From the NCBI GenBank assembly GCA_951804945.1, contig OX638149.1, positions 37,200,001 through 37,264,000 on the forward strand: DNA of 64,000 bases, in the 5' to 3' direction. The position numbers and the translations under genes were made by a program. Under the pieces are notes generated by a model, which saw only the letters and a list, made by a program, of their open reading frames with translations, made no database searches and was not told where the DNA came from. Position 1 is the first letter of the stretch; the number at the start of each line of letters is the position of its first letter. Positions 1-12,100 of this stretch are shown in pieces. This stretch comes from Podarcis cretensis. Lineage: Eukaryota.

Positions 1-183
1 AACGGCGTTTCCGTGTGCGGCTCTGGCTCTGGCTCTGGCCAGAGCAGCGATATCACGCTGGCCACGTGACCCATAAGTGTCTCCAGACAGCGCTGGCCCC
101 TGGCCTCTTAAGTGAGATGGGCGCACAACCCCAGAGTCTGTCAAGACTGGCCCGTACGGGCAGGGGTACCTTTACCTTTACCT
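1..183 (+). mobile_element. Sauria-type SINE, 3' part (cut by window edge)
   Basis: Near-identical to the 3' half of the copy at 24659-25029; (CCTTTA)n tail. Confidence 0.9.
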
Positions 184-759
184 AATTGTACATGCAAATT
201 TGTATTCTACACTATTTCTACATAATGCTAATTGTTTAATCCCCCCCACCCATGAAAGAGTTCAATCATACAGAAATGGTGCCTTCCTTTAATCCAAATT
301 ACAGAACAAAAAAAATCAATGAATTTAAGAATGCTATGATAAAAGCATTCAGTGAAGTGTTAAAGGTACCTGAGCTGCCAAAAGGAATACTGTTGCCCTG
401 AATTGACATCTATTTGCGGATTCCATTCATTTGCAGTTTATCCTACTTATGCTAGTATAGATGTAGCATTACAACTCTAATAAAGTAGTACATATTCAAA
501 TAATCACAATTAGGAGGACTTAAGAGGTTCACATCCTGTGCACAGAGGTTTTAAGGCAGAAATAGCACAACAGCATTTTCTTTACTCCTAGTACTTTAAC
601 CCAACAAACGGCTAAGCTAACAAGGTCATAAAATCACAAAGTGCAAAGAATAGATTGCCAGGATGCACTAATCATGGGAAGTAAATTAAATCCACAGATA
701 CTGCAATATAAAATACAATGATCAAGACTTCTGTAGGGAACACAGATTATACAGTAGAC

Positions 760-916
760 CAGTGGTGTCCATACTTTTTTCAAAGAGGGCCAGATTTGAT
801 GAAGTGAAGGGCCATGAGGGCTGACCAAAGTTGTTGACCTTGTTTTTTAAGACTGAAGTTGTTGAGCTTTTTTTAGGGCCAGATTAGGGCCCTGAAACGG
901 ACTTTGGACATGCCTA
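760..916. mobile_element. hAT-type MITE
   Basis: Ends CAGTGGTGTCCA...TGGACATGCCTA; 8-bp TSD CAGTAGAC at 752-759 and 917-924. Confidence 0.8.
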
Positions 917-1469
917 CAGTAGACCAACATGTTTATAAACTTAGAGGGTTCTATTCCATGCTGTATGAATAGAGTTTGTCTGCCCCCAAACATCTCCAGA
1001 GGGTTCCCCAACCTTCTAAAGCAGATTTTGAGGGAGGGGGGAGAATGCAGGGAAGAAGAGGGAGGAAAAGCTTAATTGAATACAACCCATAGCAGCCCAA
1101 AATCCTTTCTTCCTGTAGCCTACAAATTTTTGCTAGTTTGGGTAGCCAGCAAAATCTCTGCATTCCCCAGTACGGGAGGGAGCTCATTTCCAATGATTAG
1201 CATGACACAGGAGGTCTTTTAATGCTCAGCATGTCTGAGAGGTCTTTTAAGCAATTCTCCTCCCTGTTCTTAAGCTCAAGGAAAAGATTGAAGCATGTTT
1301 ATATGATGCTTATGATGTACCTGGAGGATTTTCAAAGCACAGTGCAACTGAAAATATTTAGGCCTGCAAAACCCAGGGCAGGGAGCAGGACATAAAGAAA
1401 AGCCATATACAGTCCAACAGAAAACACTGGAAAATTATCTTTTTGAGTAAGTGAAATACTTTACAATAA

Positions 1470-1614
1470 GGCGGATAGCTCAGTTGGTTAGAGCGTGGTG
1501 CTGATAACACTAAGGTTACAGGTTCAATCCTCATAATATACAGTTGCATATTCCTGCATTGCAGGGGGTTAGACTAGATGATCCTCTGGATCCCTTCCAA
1601 CTCTATGAGTCTAT
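1470..1614 (+). mobile_element. tRNA(Ile)-derived SINE with CR1-like 3' tail
   Basis: Head TAGCTCAGTTGGTTAGAGCGTGGTGCTGATAAC...GGTTCAATCC followed by GACTAGATGATC...CCCTTCCAACTCTATGA. Confidence 0.75.
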
Positions 1615-1833
1615 TCTAAGGTTTACAGGACTCACAGTGTAGTATGGAATGTTTAAATGTAAGGATCTATCCTACACGGAGAATAATAATTCCTGCAACA
1701 CTGCAATTCAAGATGTATTTCTACATATCATTTGTTGCCATTCTCATAACAGGCACATATAGGGCCTTCAATGTGTGTGAATTTCTGCTTGCTTTCATTT
1801 GAACTTTGATGAGTTTGGAGATACTCCTGCATG

Positions 1834-2065
1834 GTGTAGTGGTTAAGAGCGGTGGACTCGTAATCTGGTGAACTGGGTTCGCTTCCCCGCTCCTCCACAT
1901 GCAGCTGCTGGGTGACCTTGGGTTAGTCACACTTTTCTGAAGTCTCTCAGACTCACTCACCTCACGGAGTGTTTGTTGTGGGGGAGGAAGGGAAAGGAGA
2001 ATGTTAGCTGCTTTGAGATGCCTTAGGGTAGTGATAAAGCGGGATATCAAATCCAAACTCTTCTT
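1834..2065 (+). mobile_element. tRNA-derived SINE with (TTC)n tail (Squam3-like)
   Basis: A/B-box head; TSD CTCCTGCATG at 1824-1833 and 2066-2075; a second copy at about 33768-34009. Confidence 0.8.
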
Positions 2066-2892
2066 CTCCTGCATGCCCTTTTGACATGGCCCTTCTCTTG
2101 AAGTCAACCTCACCTTTTCTCTCAAATGATTGACATCTAAGTGTCCATGTTCTGTCTTAAGTCACTTATAACTAGCACATAAGAATTTGCTTACACTTCT
2201 ATGAATTGCAACACCTTTACACACCAGCACATTTTTCTAATACCAAGGAAAATATTTGGAATGACTGTGGAACGGAAATTTAATTTTAAAGCAGCTGGGA
2301 TACTGCACCACAGCTGTATTCAGTGTCATAAAGCTCTGTTATTCTTTAAAAATATATATATATCTGACAAAAGTTAAAATGAGGTATTATGTTTAGCTTC
2401 CTTATTATAGTTCATAAGTAATAGCTAGGATACTTGAAATTCACTTAGAATGTAAAATATTCTCTCATCTCAACAAACCAACAAGTCAAAACTTACACAA
2501 AAACATGATTTCTGGCTATATTACAAACCAATGTAAAAGGGATTTGTGAATCTAGTTGTCTGCTAGCGTATATTTGATTATAATATAAATGGATGGATGG
2601 TACAGTACATCAGCAGACAATTATGTCACCAGTTGCCTTATGTTATGAAGTGGGGCTGTGATAAGGATGAGATTGGGGCACGGTGTTAAAAAGAAACCAA
2701 ATAATGCAAAATGGTTTGGAAAGCTTTGTTTGTTCATCATTTTGAATCAAGGTTCAAAATGTAAAGACTGAGATTAAGCCATTTCCACGATCAAGTTGCA
2801 AGTCTGTGAGGATGAACGTGTGTGTTATCCAGTAGCAGCTAGCAAGCTTCTTAAATGCTTCATCATTCAATTTTCAGCATCCATGGTAGTGA

Positions 2893-3131
2893 CTAATGCA
2901 CTTCTGATTCTAACCTTAGAGTACTTCTGATGGTGCAATCCATAATTCTTTTAAACTTCTCGTAAGACTTTGTTATTGGAAGCTCTAAACAATTAAGGTG
3001 TCTCTTTCCAACAGGGTATTTTATATGCAGAAACTTAACTGCAGGCTCAGGATCAAAGCCAATGGGTGGGATATCACGAATGCCAGTTGCAAACACTAAG
3101 ATGTCCTCTAGAGTTACTGCTGACTCACCAC
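2893..3131 (-). CDS. G2E3: G2E3 last coding exon ([11 protein letters not shown]...[14 protein letters not shown]...LRLESEVH*)
   Basis: 239 nt including TAG; TCTAG acceptor; HECT C-lobe motifs FATG and LELP. Confidence 0.95.
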
Positions 3132-6100
3132 CTAGACCAAGAACGAGGAGTTTGATTAGCTGAAAACAGCTTTTACAAGATTTTCACATTAGAAGGTAAG
3201 AGTGAGTCAAGCTAATGATAAATTGACCATAGTTAATCATTACTGCAAATGTAAAGTGAAACTAAAATTCATAGGCAAGGCTTGTCTTAAGAGTTTGATA
3301 AATAGGAACTGAAGTCTTTCTTTAAAGCCCCCAACACATTCCAGATTTCTAGTTCAGATTCGCTTAGGTGGGTCCATTTTTTCTTACCTTCTGTTTCCTG
3401 TAAGTAACCCATCCAGAAATCTAGACTTCTGGCTTTGTCTGCTCCCGGTACACAGTGGATAGCAAAGAGATCACCAAGAAGTTTTGCTGTAAGTTTCTCA
3501 GGCTTGTGACATAATATGCTACAGAATGCATCAGGATTCATCTGCATTTTTTCCAAAACACCAAGTGTTTTCAAACCTTGTCTAAAGCTAAGGGGGAAAG
3601 AGACAATGCATTGAACCAAGAAAGTGCTATGAGGTTTTTTTTGTTTTTAAAAAGATAGAAAAAAACTGCCAAATTCATTTGCATATTACAAACACCACTT
3701 TAAATTTCTAGAAGCAGTAATTCCTTAGGGCTTTGCTGGAATTATTAAAAACAAAACAAAACAATTTACTGATACATTTCTGATACATGTACTAGTCAGA
3801 ATACCCTTGCTGGAGCTGGTACCAGCTACAGATTTTAATCAGTAATTTATTTTAGAGCTTCTAAATTTTCCTGAAAGCTACTCACAACAATGGATGGTGT
3901 CCAAGTGTGGCATCCAGCTTACAGGAATTTCCCTCTTTTCCCAGGCAGCCCCAGTACACTCCCTGAAACCGTTCTGGAAAGTTGGGGGATCCTGAAGGAC
4001 AGATTAGGGAGCAGGGAGGCTATAGAGGCAGCCAAAAAGGGAAAACCTGTCACATCCACAAGTAAAATGACAGATCTCGCCCCAGAGAAAGAAAGCTGCA
4101 GAACTTCCTCCCTTGGGACACTATTAAGTATATTTAAGTATTCATCCAACAACTCAGTTTTTCAAATTTGAGACATCAAATATCTTTAAGCATTTTTGAG
4201 TAACGTAAGATGAACATTAAGAACAGGCCGGTGGCTCACCTAGGATCATATTCTCACAGTGGCTGACCAAATGTGTGAGAGAAGCCTGCAAACTAGACAT
4301 GAGCGCAACAGCACTCTGCCTACTTGCAATTACCAGCAATATTTTTTTCACTTGGTGTCATAATAAAATTTTATATTTTCTAGTAAATGAGAGGGGAAGC
4401 CACCACTAGAACAATAAATTCTTCATAACACGTGAAACTTGACTTGTAAAATTTTAATTTATAAATGCAAAACATGAGTTAATTCACATGGAAAGAGTGT
4501 GGCTACAGAACCCTGGAGTATAAACTGGAAAAGTATAGTAATGGGTTCTACATGCAAAACAAACCTTTCAAAAGGTAAAAGTGTTCTCTTTATGACATGG
4601 TAATTCAATATCTCATTCACCAACACATTCTTATCATGTAGAGCTGTTACAGGTTTCAAACATCCAGCAATGGCGAGATATTCGGAGCAATCACTTATTG
4701 CCAATTCTAAGCTGTTCAGAGTTCTTGCAGATTTTATCTACAGTAAGAAATCAAACATCAACTAGTTAATGTGATGAATAAATTCAAATGGATGGATGCA
4801 ACTTCCTCTTTGTTTCAGATCTTATGTCTGATCACTTTTGGCTGACAAATAAGTGGCGCATATATTATGCCAACTATTGCTGAGAAAAGAAATGCCCTCA
4901 ATACCAAATTGATTTAAAATTAAGATGTTAAAAGAGAAAAAAATACCAAGGCCCATCCCTATAGTGCTATGCAGTTATAGAACAACCTACCTTCTCTATT
5001 GTCTGCAGAACAGTCACATCAGCAACATCTTCAATAGTTGGTTTCACATTCTCTGTGCCATAAACAAGGCAGTCAAACAAGGTCTTGGAAAAGAAGCTAG
5101 GAGATGGCCCTCCATGAACCAGAGAAACTGCTATCATTTTTCCAGCTTCATAGTATAAATTATCTTTAAGAGCTGAAAGTACAACATATGTAAAATAACT
5201 ATTGTGCTTACTAAATGCAGCTGGGATGAGCCCCAATCAATCTAACCAACTGCACACCTTCTTCAATATTCTGTTTCCCATCCAATAAAATGCCCCTGGA
5301 AGCCCAGAAAAAGTGCACAGAGGCCACAGCTCTCTCCCCCATTTGTTGCCAGCACTTAGTGCTCAGAGGCACCATGCATCTGAACAAGTGTCCATCTTCC
5401 ATGAATTTATCTAAATCTATGTAAGCCAACTGTACTTATGGGATACAAAAGAAATGGGCTGGACATTTATGCTAAACCACCAGGACTTGTCTGTTTCCCT
5501 TCCCCACTGCATACCCAATCCCTGTGGTCACAAAAAGCCGCCCTGGAGTTTTAGTCAGAAAGGAAACTGAGCCATCAACTCTACTTCAAGAAACAACTGG
5601 GGCAAATGCTCAGGGTTTCTTTTGGTATGCCAGCGAAATATGCTCACCAGAGCTTAACAAAGGCAATTTTCATTACCCCAAAGAACCATGACTTAAAACT
5701 GTATTTAATAGTTCTCCTGTCCCTTGATACATAGTAAAACACTAGAACAGAAGCTGCCTCCTCTACTTGTATTGGTTTTTGTTACCTGGACAGAGTCAAT
5801 AAAAACTCAAAAAGACAATTACCAGCACCCCTCTAACTGGAGTTGCTCCATCCACTATTACCAATTTTGCTATTTCTGAGCAGCCTAAACAGCAAAGAGA
5901 GTAAGGAGACTCCTATATAACAAAGTGAATATTCCTATTAATATTAATTGGAGTATTCGTATTACTGAACTTGCAGTACACAGCCAGTGTGGTGTAGTTG
6001 ATAGCATTTTTGAATTTAGATTGTGGTAAGATCTAGGTTCAAATTTCTGCTCAACCCATGCAGTTTGTTTGGTAGGAAGACACTTGCTTAAGATCACCTA

Positions 6101-9100
6101 ATACACCTCACAGGCTTGCTGCACACCAACCACATCAAGAGTGCTCAGAACCCAATGGAGAAGGGAGAAAGAAGCATACAGTTGTACCTTGGATTTCAAA
6201 AGCCTTGGCTCCCGAACAAATCAGCTCCTAAATGATCGAAACCTGGAAGTGAGTGTTCTGGTTTTCGAATGTTCTTTAGGAAGCCGAATGTCCAACAGAG
6301 CTTCTGCAGCTTCCGATTGGCTGCAGGGGCTTCCTGGACGTTTTGGAAGTTGAACAAACTTCCGGAACAGATTCTGTTCAACTTCCAAGGTACGACTGTA
6401 CCCACTTTCCTCCAAAAACATTTCAAATGTTTATAATTTAGGCTTACCTTGAGAATCAAAAGACAATATTTTTGAGGAATCGCCTTCAAAGAGCGAGGAG
6501 TTCTGAAGGTGAAGAATCAGTAATAGAAAAAAATCTCCCTTTGATGAATCCATATGTGTTTTTGTCCTGCAGTTTATGTACTTTACTTCAATAGTATTGG
6601 CAGGATTGAAGCTCCGCTTTTGAAATCCCTTTAAGGCGCTATCCCAGATGTTTCGTCTATTGATATTCAGTCTTGTTCGTTTGGTATTAATTTGTGATCT
6701 TAATTCCCTCAGAATATTGGAAACTTTTCTTTGCTGCACTACAAGTTGCCTGCACAAAATAAAAGGACTGTATTATTAGCACAGCATCTACTTAGGTATG
6801 TACAGCAATAGTTCTGGGTATATATAACCATGTAACCTCAAGTTGCTCTATTTTTTTCCAGAATAAATTACTAATGGCATCCTAATAAGTAGCTCACTGA
6901 AACTGCTAACAGCATGATATCTCTCTCGCTCTCTCTTTAGAATCAGCATACTTACTACTCAAAACAATTCAATAACATTTAAATAAGGAAGCACAAAGTT
7001 TCTTGTTGAGAACAGAGTCAGACAAAATGCTGATAAACAGCTGTGCACCATCTATTTAAATACTATGTTCCCCACCCAGTTATGTATCTCAATAAAATCA
7101 GTGTAGTGGATTGTATCTAATACTATACAAGCAGACTTCTACTAGTGTGATGGGACTTCTCCTCCTCCTCTGCAGCCCCCCTGTGCATCTCAAAAATATG
7201 CTCCAAAAGGTGTCCCAACCTGGAGCATATTTTTGAAGGTTTATGGGGGCTTCAGATGCAGGAGAGGAAGGAGCATATAACCCCCAGTCTCTATCTAATC
7301 TTAAAACAATGGTCTGGATCAAAAGAATCATTAAACTATTTCCACGAGCCTAATGGGCAATATCTAATTGTGATATCTTGATACTGCAATGAACTACTAT
7401 TTGTGCAAATGTTATTTTCCTGTCCTTTCTTCCTGCCTCCAGCCAAAGAATCTGCTCTGGAAGGTCAAAGAAACATTTGGAGCTGATTTGGAGGCCAAGT
7501 CAGAAGGTGTGTGGGCAAGAGTAGAAGGGAAAGCCCCATCGTGTATGCTGACATGACACTAGATCTCAAAGTTGTTTCATACTTGTTCTCCTGCCCATAG
7601 CAGTCCCCAGTGGGAGGTAAAAATTCCACTGGGCTGCAAGCTCAGGGTCAATCCCTGCCCCCAAATTCAATCATTTGGTATAAAATAAAAAAAATTGGCT
7701 GACAGTTCAACATTTACTTACGTTTTTCTTAGTGTCAGATTCCTCACGGAAGGACTAATCACGGAGGAAGGGGATATCAGTCTATTATTCGAAGAGGGGA
7801 GATCAAGTTGTGAACACTGAGTAAAGGCATTGGGGCATATCTTTGGGGACCTAGAAGGGAAGAAGCCCAACCACCTTGTTAGTTGAGTTAGCCACACCCT
7901 GACTCAGAAACAGCTGAGTCAGGATACAGGTATCTCCAGCATACAATATTGTCCATGACAAGTGTACAGTCAGTAAATTACATTTGTTTTTTTGTAAATG
8001 AGTACTTCAGGCATGAAGGATTGCTTCTAGATGCAAACAAAATAAGATTTGCACCATGTCCTTAAACAAATTACATGCTTTATGCTACTCCCCATTCAAA
8101 GAATACATTGCAGGCTGCCTCTGAAGTCCCCAAGTTTCAGAATAGCTTGTTGGATGGAATGAAGAGCTGCTACAAAAAACTCTGGAACATTATGTTGAAT
8201 TCATGATTTAGCCCTTTGATCAGTTATTATTTTTAGGCTCTAACTATAATTTGATAGTGCCGATGTTCACACAAGCTTTGCCACATGAATGAACAAGAAT
8301 GAGCTGCAGCAAGCCTTAAATTTGATAGCACATCCCCACTGTCCAATCCCAGTGCAGGCTGGAGTTCAGGGGCAGAAGGTTTTGCTTTTGATTACCCACC
8401 ATTTGCCACATCCTCTGGATCTGGAATTGGGGTTAGTCTTAACCACAGTTAAACATGTCAGTTTCAGTAGCTATGGTTTGAAGCTGGCACTGAAAGAAAG
8501 TACAGGGAAGGTGGCTGCTTGGTGCTAAAAGGCAAGGAATTCCATAGTATAGGTGCTGCCGCATTAAAATATCAATTTCTCACAACTGTGGAATGAATAT
8601 TACGTGGCACCTTTAACAGTGCCAATTTTGGTCAAGTGACATATATGGAGTAAGGTGATGCCACAAGGAAAACATTCACAAGCCATTATGGGCTTTATAT
8701 AACAACAGTTAAACCTTAAACTTGGCTTGAACAAATCGGCAACTAGTACAGATCTCTGGGCAGAGGCATTATGTGCCGACAGGGCCTTACTCCTGTCAGC
8801 AACTATGCTGCAGCATTCTGCATTAACTGCAGTTTCCAGGCAAAGTGAAAGGGAAGCCCCACATAGAGTATACTGAGTTAATCTAGTCTTGAAGTCACCA
8901 GTGCTTTCCCAGCCCAGGAACAGCTGAAACCATCATACCAAATGCAGCTGGTAAAAGACACTTTTAGCTACTGGGGCTACCTGGGCCTCCAGTGGCAAAG
9001 CTGGGTCCACAAGAACCCCCAGACTGCACATCTGCTCCTTTGGGCATGGGGATGGACCTCAGCCAGGACAGGCAACTGACCAATGTTACAGACTGCAGAA

Positions 9101-12100
9101 CCAAAAGTAAGAACTCTCAACATCCCCCAGCCATGTGGGAAGAGCGAGCATAAACATGAGGTTCACTGCAGCTCATTCCTGTTCATTTACATTGCGTTCA
9201 ACTGTGGTTTAGCATGATGTGTGAACACTGCCTGTTTGTTTCCACACAGCTGCAAATGAAAGAACATCACATGCCTGACAAGGAAGCCAAGATGGGATCC
9301 AGGAGACTGTCTGGGACATTTGGGTGACGGCTCTTCCAGCAAGCTATCGCCAATATCTGTTTTTTCTGGCATACTCCGAGAACGCTTTCGCCATTTCTGA
9401 CAGTTCCCTGTGTAATGAAATTAACACAATTTCTCATCCAAAATCTTTTAAAAAGTTTAAATTAATTCAAGTAGAATGGTGAACAGTTTCATACCAGTTG
9501 ATTTGGCAAGGATAGTTCTACATTCTATGCATTCCCAATTTTGCTCCCAACTTGTTAGTGAGGAACATGCCAAGTGAGTTCCACTCGAACCACAATATTG
9601 ACAGCGCTTTATTTCCCATTTGCTAAAAGAAAACCAAAATGCATTTTAAAAATTAAGACCGTTAAACTTAAAAAAGAGAAGAGTTAACTCAATGTAACTA
9701 GTTATGGCTTCACTTTGCATCAGTATATTTCCCAAGATGGGACATAAATTTCAGTTGCAACATATATGTGGTAAAATGGGAGGTGCAAGGTCAAAGATTA
9801 CTAATATTATTTTATATTTAATATATTTACCCTGGCTCTCTTTAGCAAAGGATACAAGATAGCTAGCAATAATAAATAATACACTATTAAAAAGAATCAA
9901 ACATAACTCCACAGCAGCAAAAGCACACTGGGCAGGACTCAAATGTTCTATTCTGCTCACAGAACTAGCCATTCAGTTCAACCTAATGGTAACTCAGCTC
10001 TACAGACAGTCAAAGTATGCCACCCCCCAATGCCTTCTAGAAAAGCTACCACTTCACTGAAGGAATAAAAATAATGATAAAACCTTCCTAGTGATGGCAT
10101 GGGACATGCACCAGGTCCTCTAATGTTGACACACACATAGGGTGCATGCTTTCCTGTTTCTTCAGAGTTTCAGATTTCTAAACATGAAGACCTAATGACT
10201 GGCAACATAAAATCAATATGCCAATATCTTATTACAAGGAAATAAAACTCACCAGGCAATTTAAGTTAAGGATCACTAGTTTTGTTGTCTTAATATAATG
10301 CCATATATAGAATAAGGTGATCAACAGCTACTAACTATGACAATTATGTTCTACCTCCACAGCTGGCCCTATAGTGGGGCTTCCTACAGACATCTAGGGA
10401 AGGTCATTGCAAAAACAGGATGGTGGACTAGATGGGCCTGATCCACCAGGCACTTATGTGGTCATGATCATGTCCAACTGACTTTGAATTAAATTAATTT
10501 AATTATGGATGGAAGCAGGATAAGATGACATTCCTATAAACTACGAGCATATTTAACATGCTTATGTCCAAGGACCACATTTATTAATACCTATCAGGCT
10601 CATTGTAGTTTCTTCCATTTTCGCAGAGGCAGACATTGATGTCACAGTGTTGGTAGCACTGAAGAAGGTCCTGGTATGCATTCTCTTCCAGTTCCCAGGA
10701 GGCATCTCTGGAAACATTAAAACTTATTTGAACATTTCAAGCCTACACTGCAACTTTCCTTGTTTCAATAGTAATATATGATTTTACTATTATCAAGAGA
10801 AGATGGAATCTACAGAAAATCAGTAGCTGTTGGATAGTCTATGCTTTTGTAATTCAGATCTCCCATCTATCGGAGCAAGCTGATTAACCCCTGGGTTCCT
10901 GAACAACCAGCATTTACAAAATTTGGAAAACTTCAAAAAAAGATTTCCCACATCCCTTTCTAGGGTTAAATGTGGCTTTGTATTGTGTGTGTCTTGACAA
11001 AAATCATTTGTCTCCTAATCTAAGTCTCTGTGCCTTCGTCTCTTAAGAAATGAGTTGTTAAAATACTTTGCAGTAGCTAAAATGTTCAGTTCTTTCCATC
11101 TTGCATCTTAATTTCAACCTTTACTATTAAAACTAATGAAAAACATGCCTCCTGCCCTTAATATTAACCTATGAAAAAAGCAGCTTAATAGAAAAATAAT
11201 ACAAAATAATACACCATAAATTTCAAAAGAGAATTAACCATGTATATCTCACTCTCCTGTTAAATATACCTAGTGGTATACAGCTTTAACTATAAACCTG
11301 TACAATATATTTTTAAAAATAAAACAATATTTTGGGAGGTACTTACTTTTCTGGAATATGTAAGCCCATTCTCAACATTTCATTCTGAAATTTCTCTTTA
11401 TTATTACATACTGGGCATCTAAAGAAAAATACTCCTGCACTTAGCGCTTGACACTGGATCCAAAAGAGAGAAAAATGATCAGTAAATCAGACAAGATTCT
11501 GGGTGCTTTTGAAGATGAGGGTACAACACAGTATCTGTAGTAGGCTATATTAATGGCAATTTCTTTAATGATCATTACCATTACTATATTTATTTATATC
11601 CTGGCTCCCCCCCCCCCCCCACAAGCAGGCCTGTGCAAGTGAAGATCCCAGAGCCCACGCAGGTTCATATGAGAAAGAAAAACTTTCAGATAGCCTGGAC
11701 CTAAGCTGTGTAGGACTTTATAGGTCATAACCAGCACGTTGACTTATGCTGGGAAACAGACTGGTAGCCAGTGGAGCAGTTGTAACATTGCCTGCTATAT
11801 CCTGTTACTTTTGCAAGTGCTTACTAGTTCTGAGCTTGTAAAGCTTCCAGTGCAAAAAGCACATTTCCTCCAGTTATCAGTAGTTATGGCTAAAGAGTAC
11901 AGGATGAGTTTGGCAGTTCTATCCTGGTTTCCAACAGAAAGCTGATTTTCCCAAGTACAGTGGTGCCTCGCAAGACGAAATTAATCCGTTCCGTGAGGCT
12001 CTTCATATAGCGGTTTTTTCGTCTTGCGAAGCAAGCCCATTGACAGCTTAGCGGATTAGCGCTATTAGCGGTTTAGCGGCTTTTAGCGGATCAGCTGATA

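Noticed and set aside
1470-1545. tRNA-Ile(GAT)-like sequence
   Set aside because: The 3' acceptor stem is missing, the stems carry mismatches and it runs into a CR1-like tail, so it is a SINE head and not a tRNA gene.
2279-2284. ATTAAA (minus strand) as the G2E3 polyadenylation signal
   Set aside because: A variant hexamer in AT-rich DNA with other candidates further downstream; cannot be assigned without 3'-end data.
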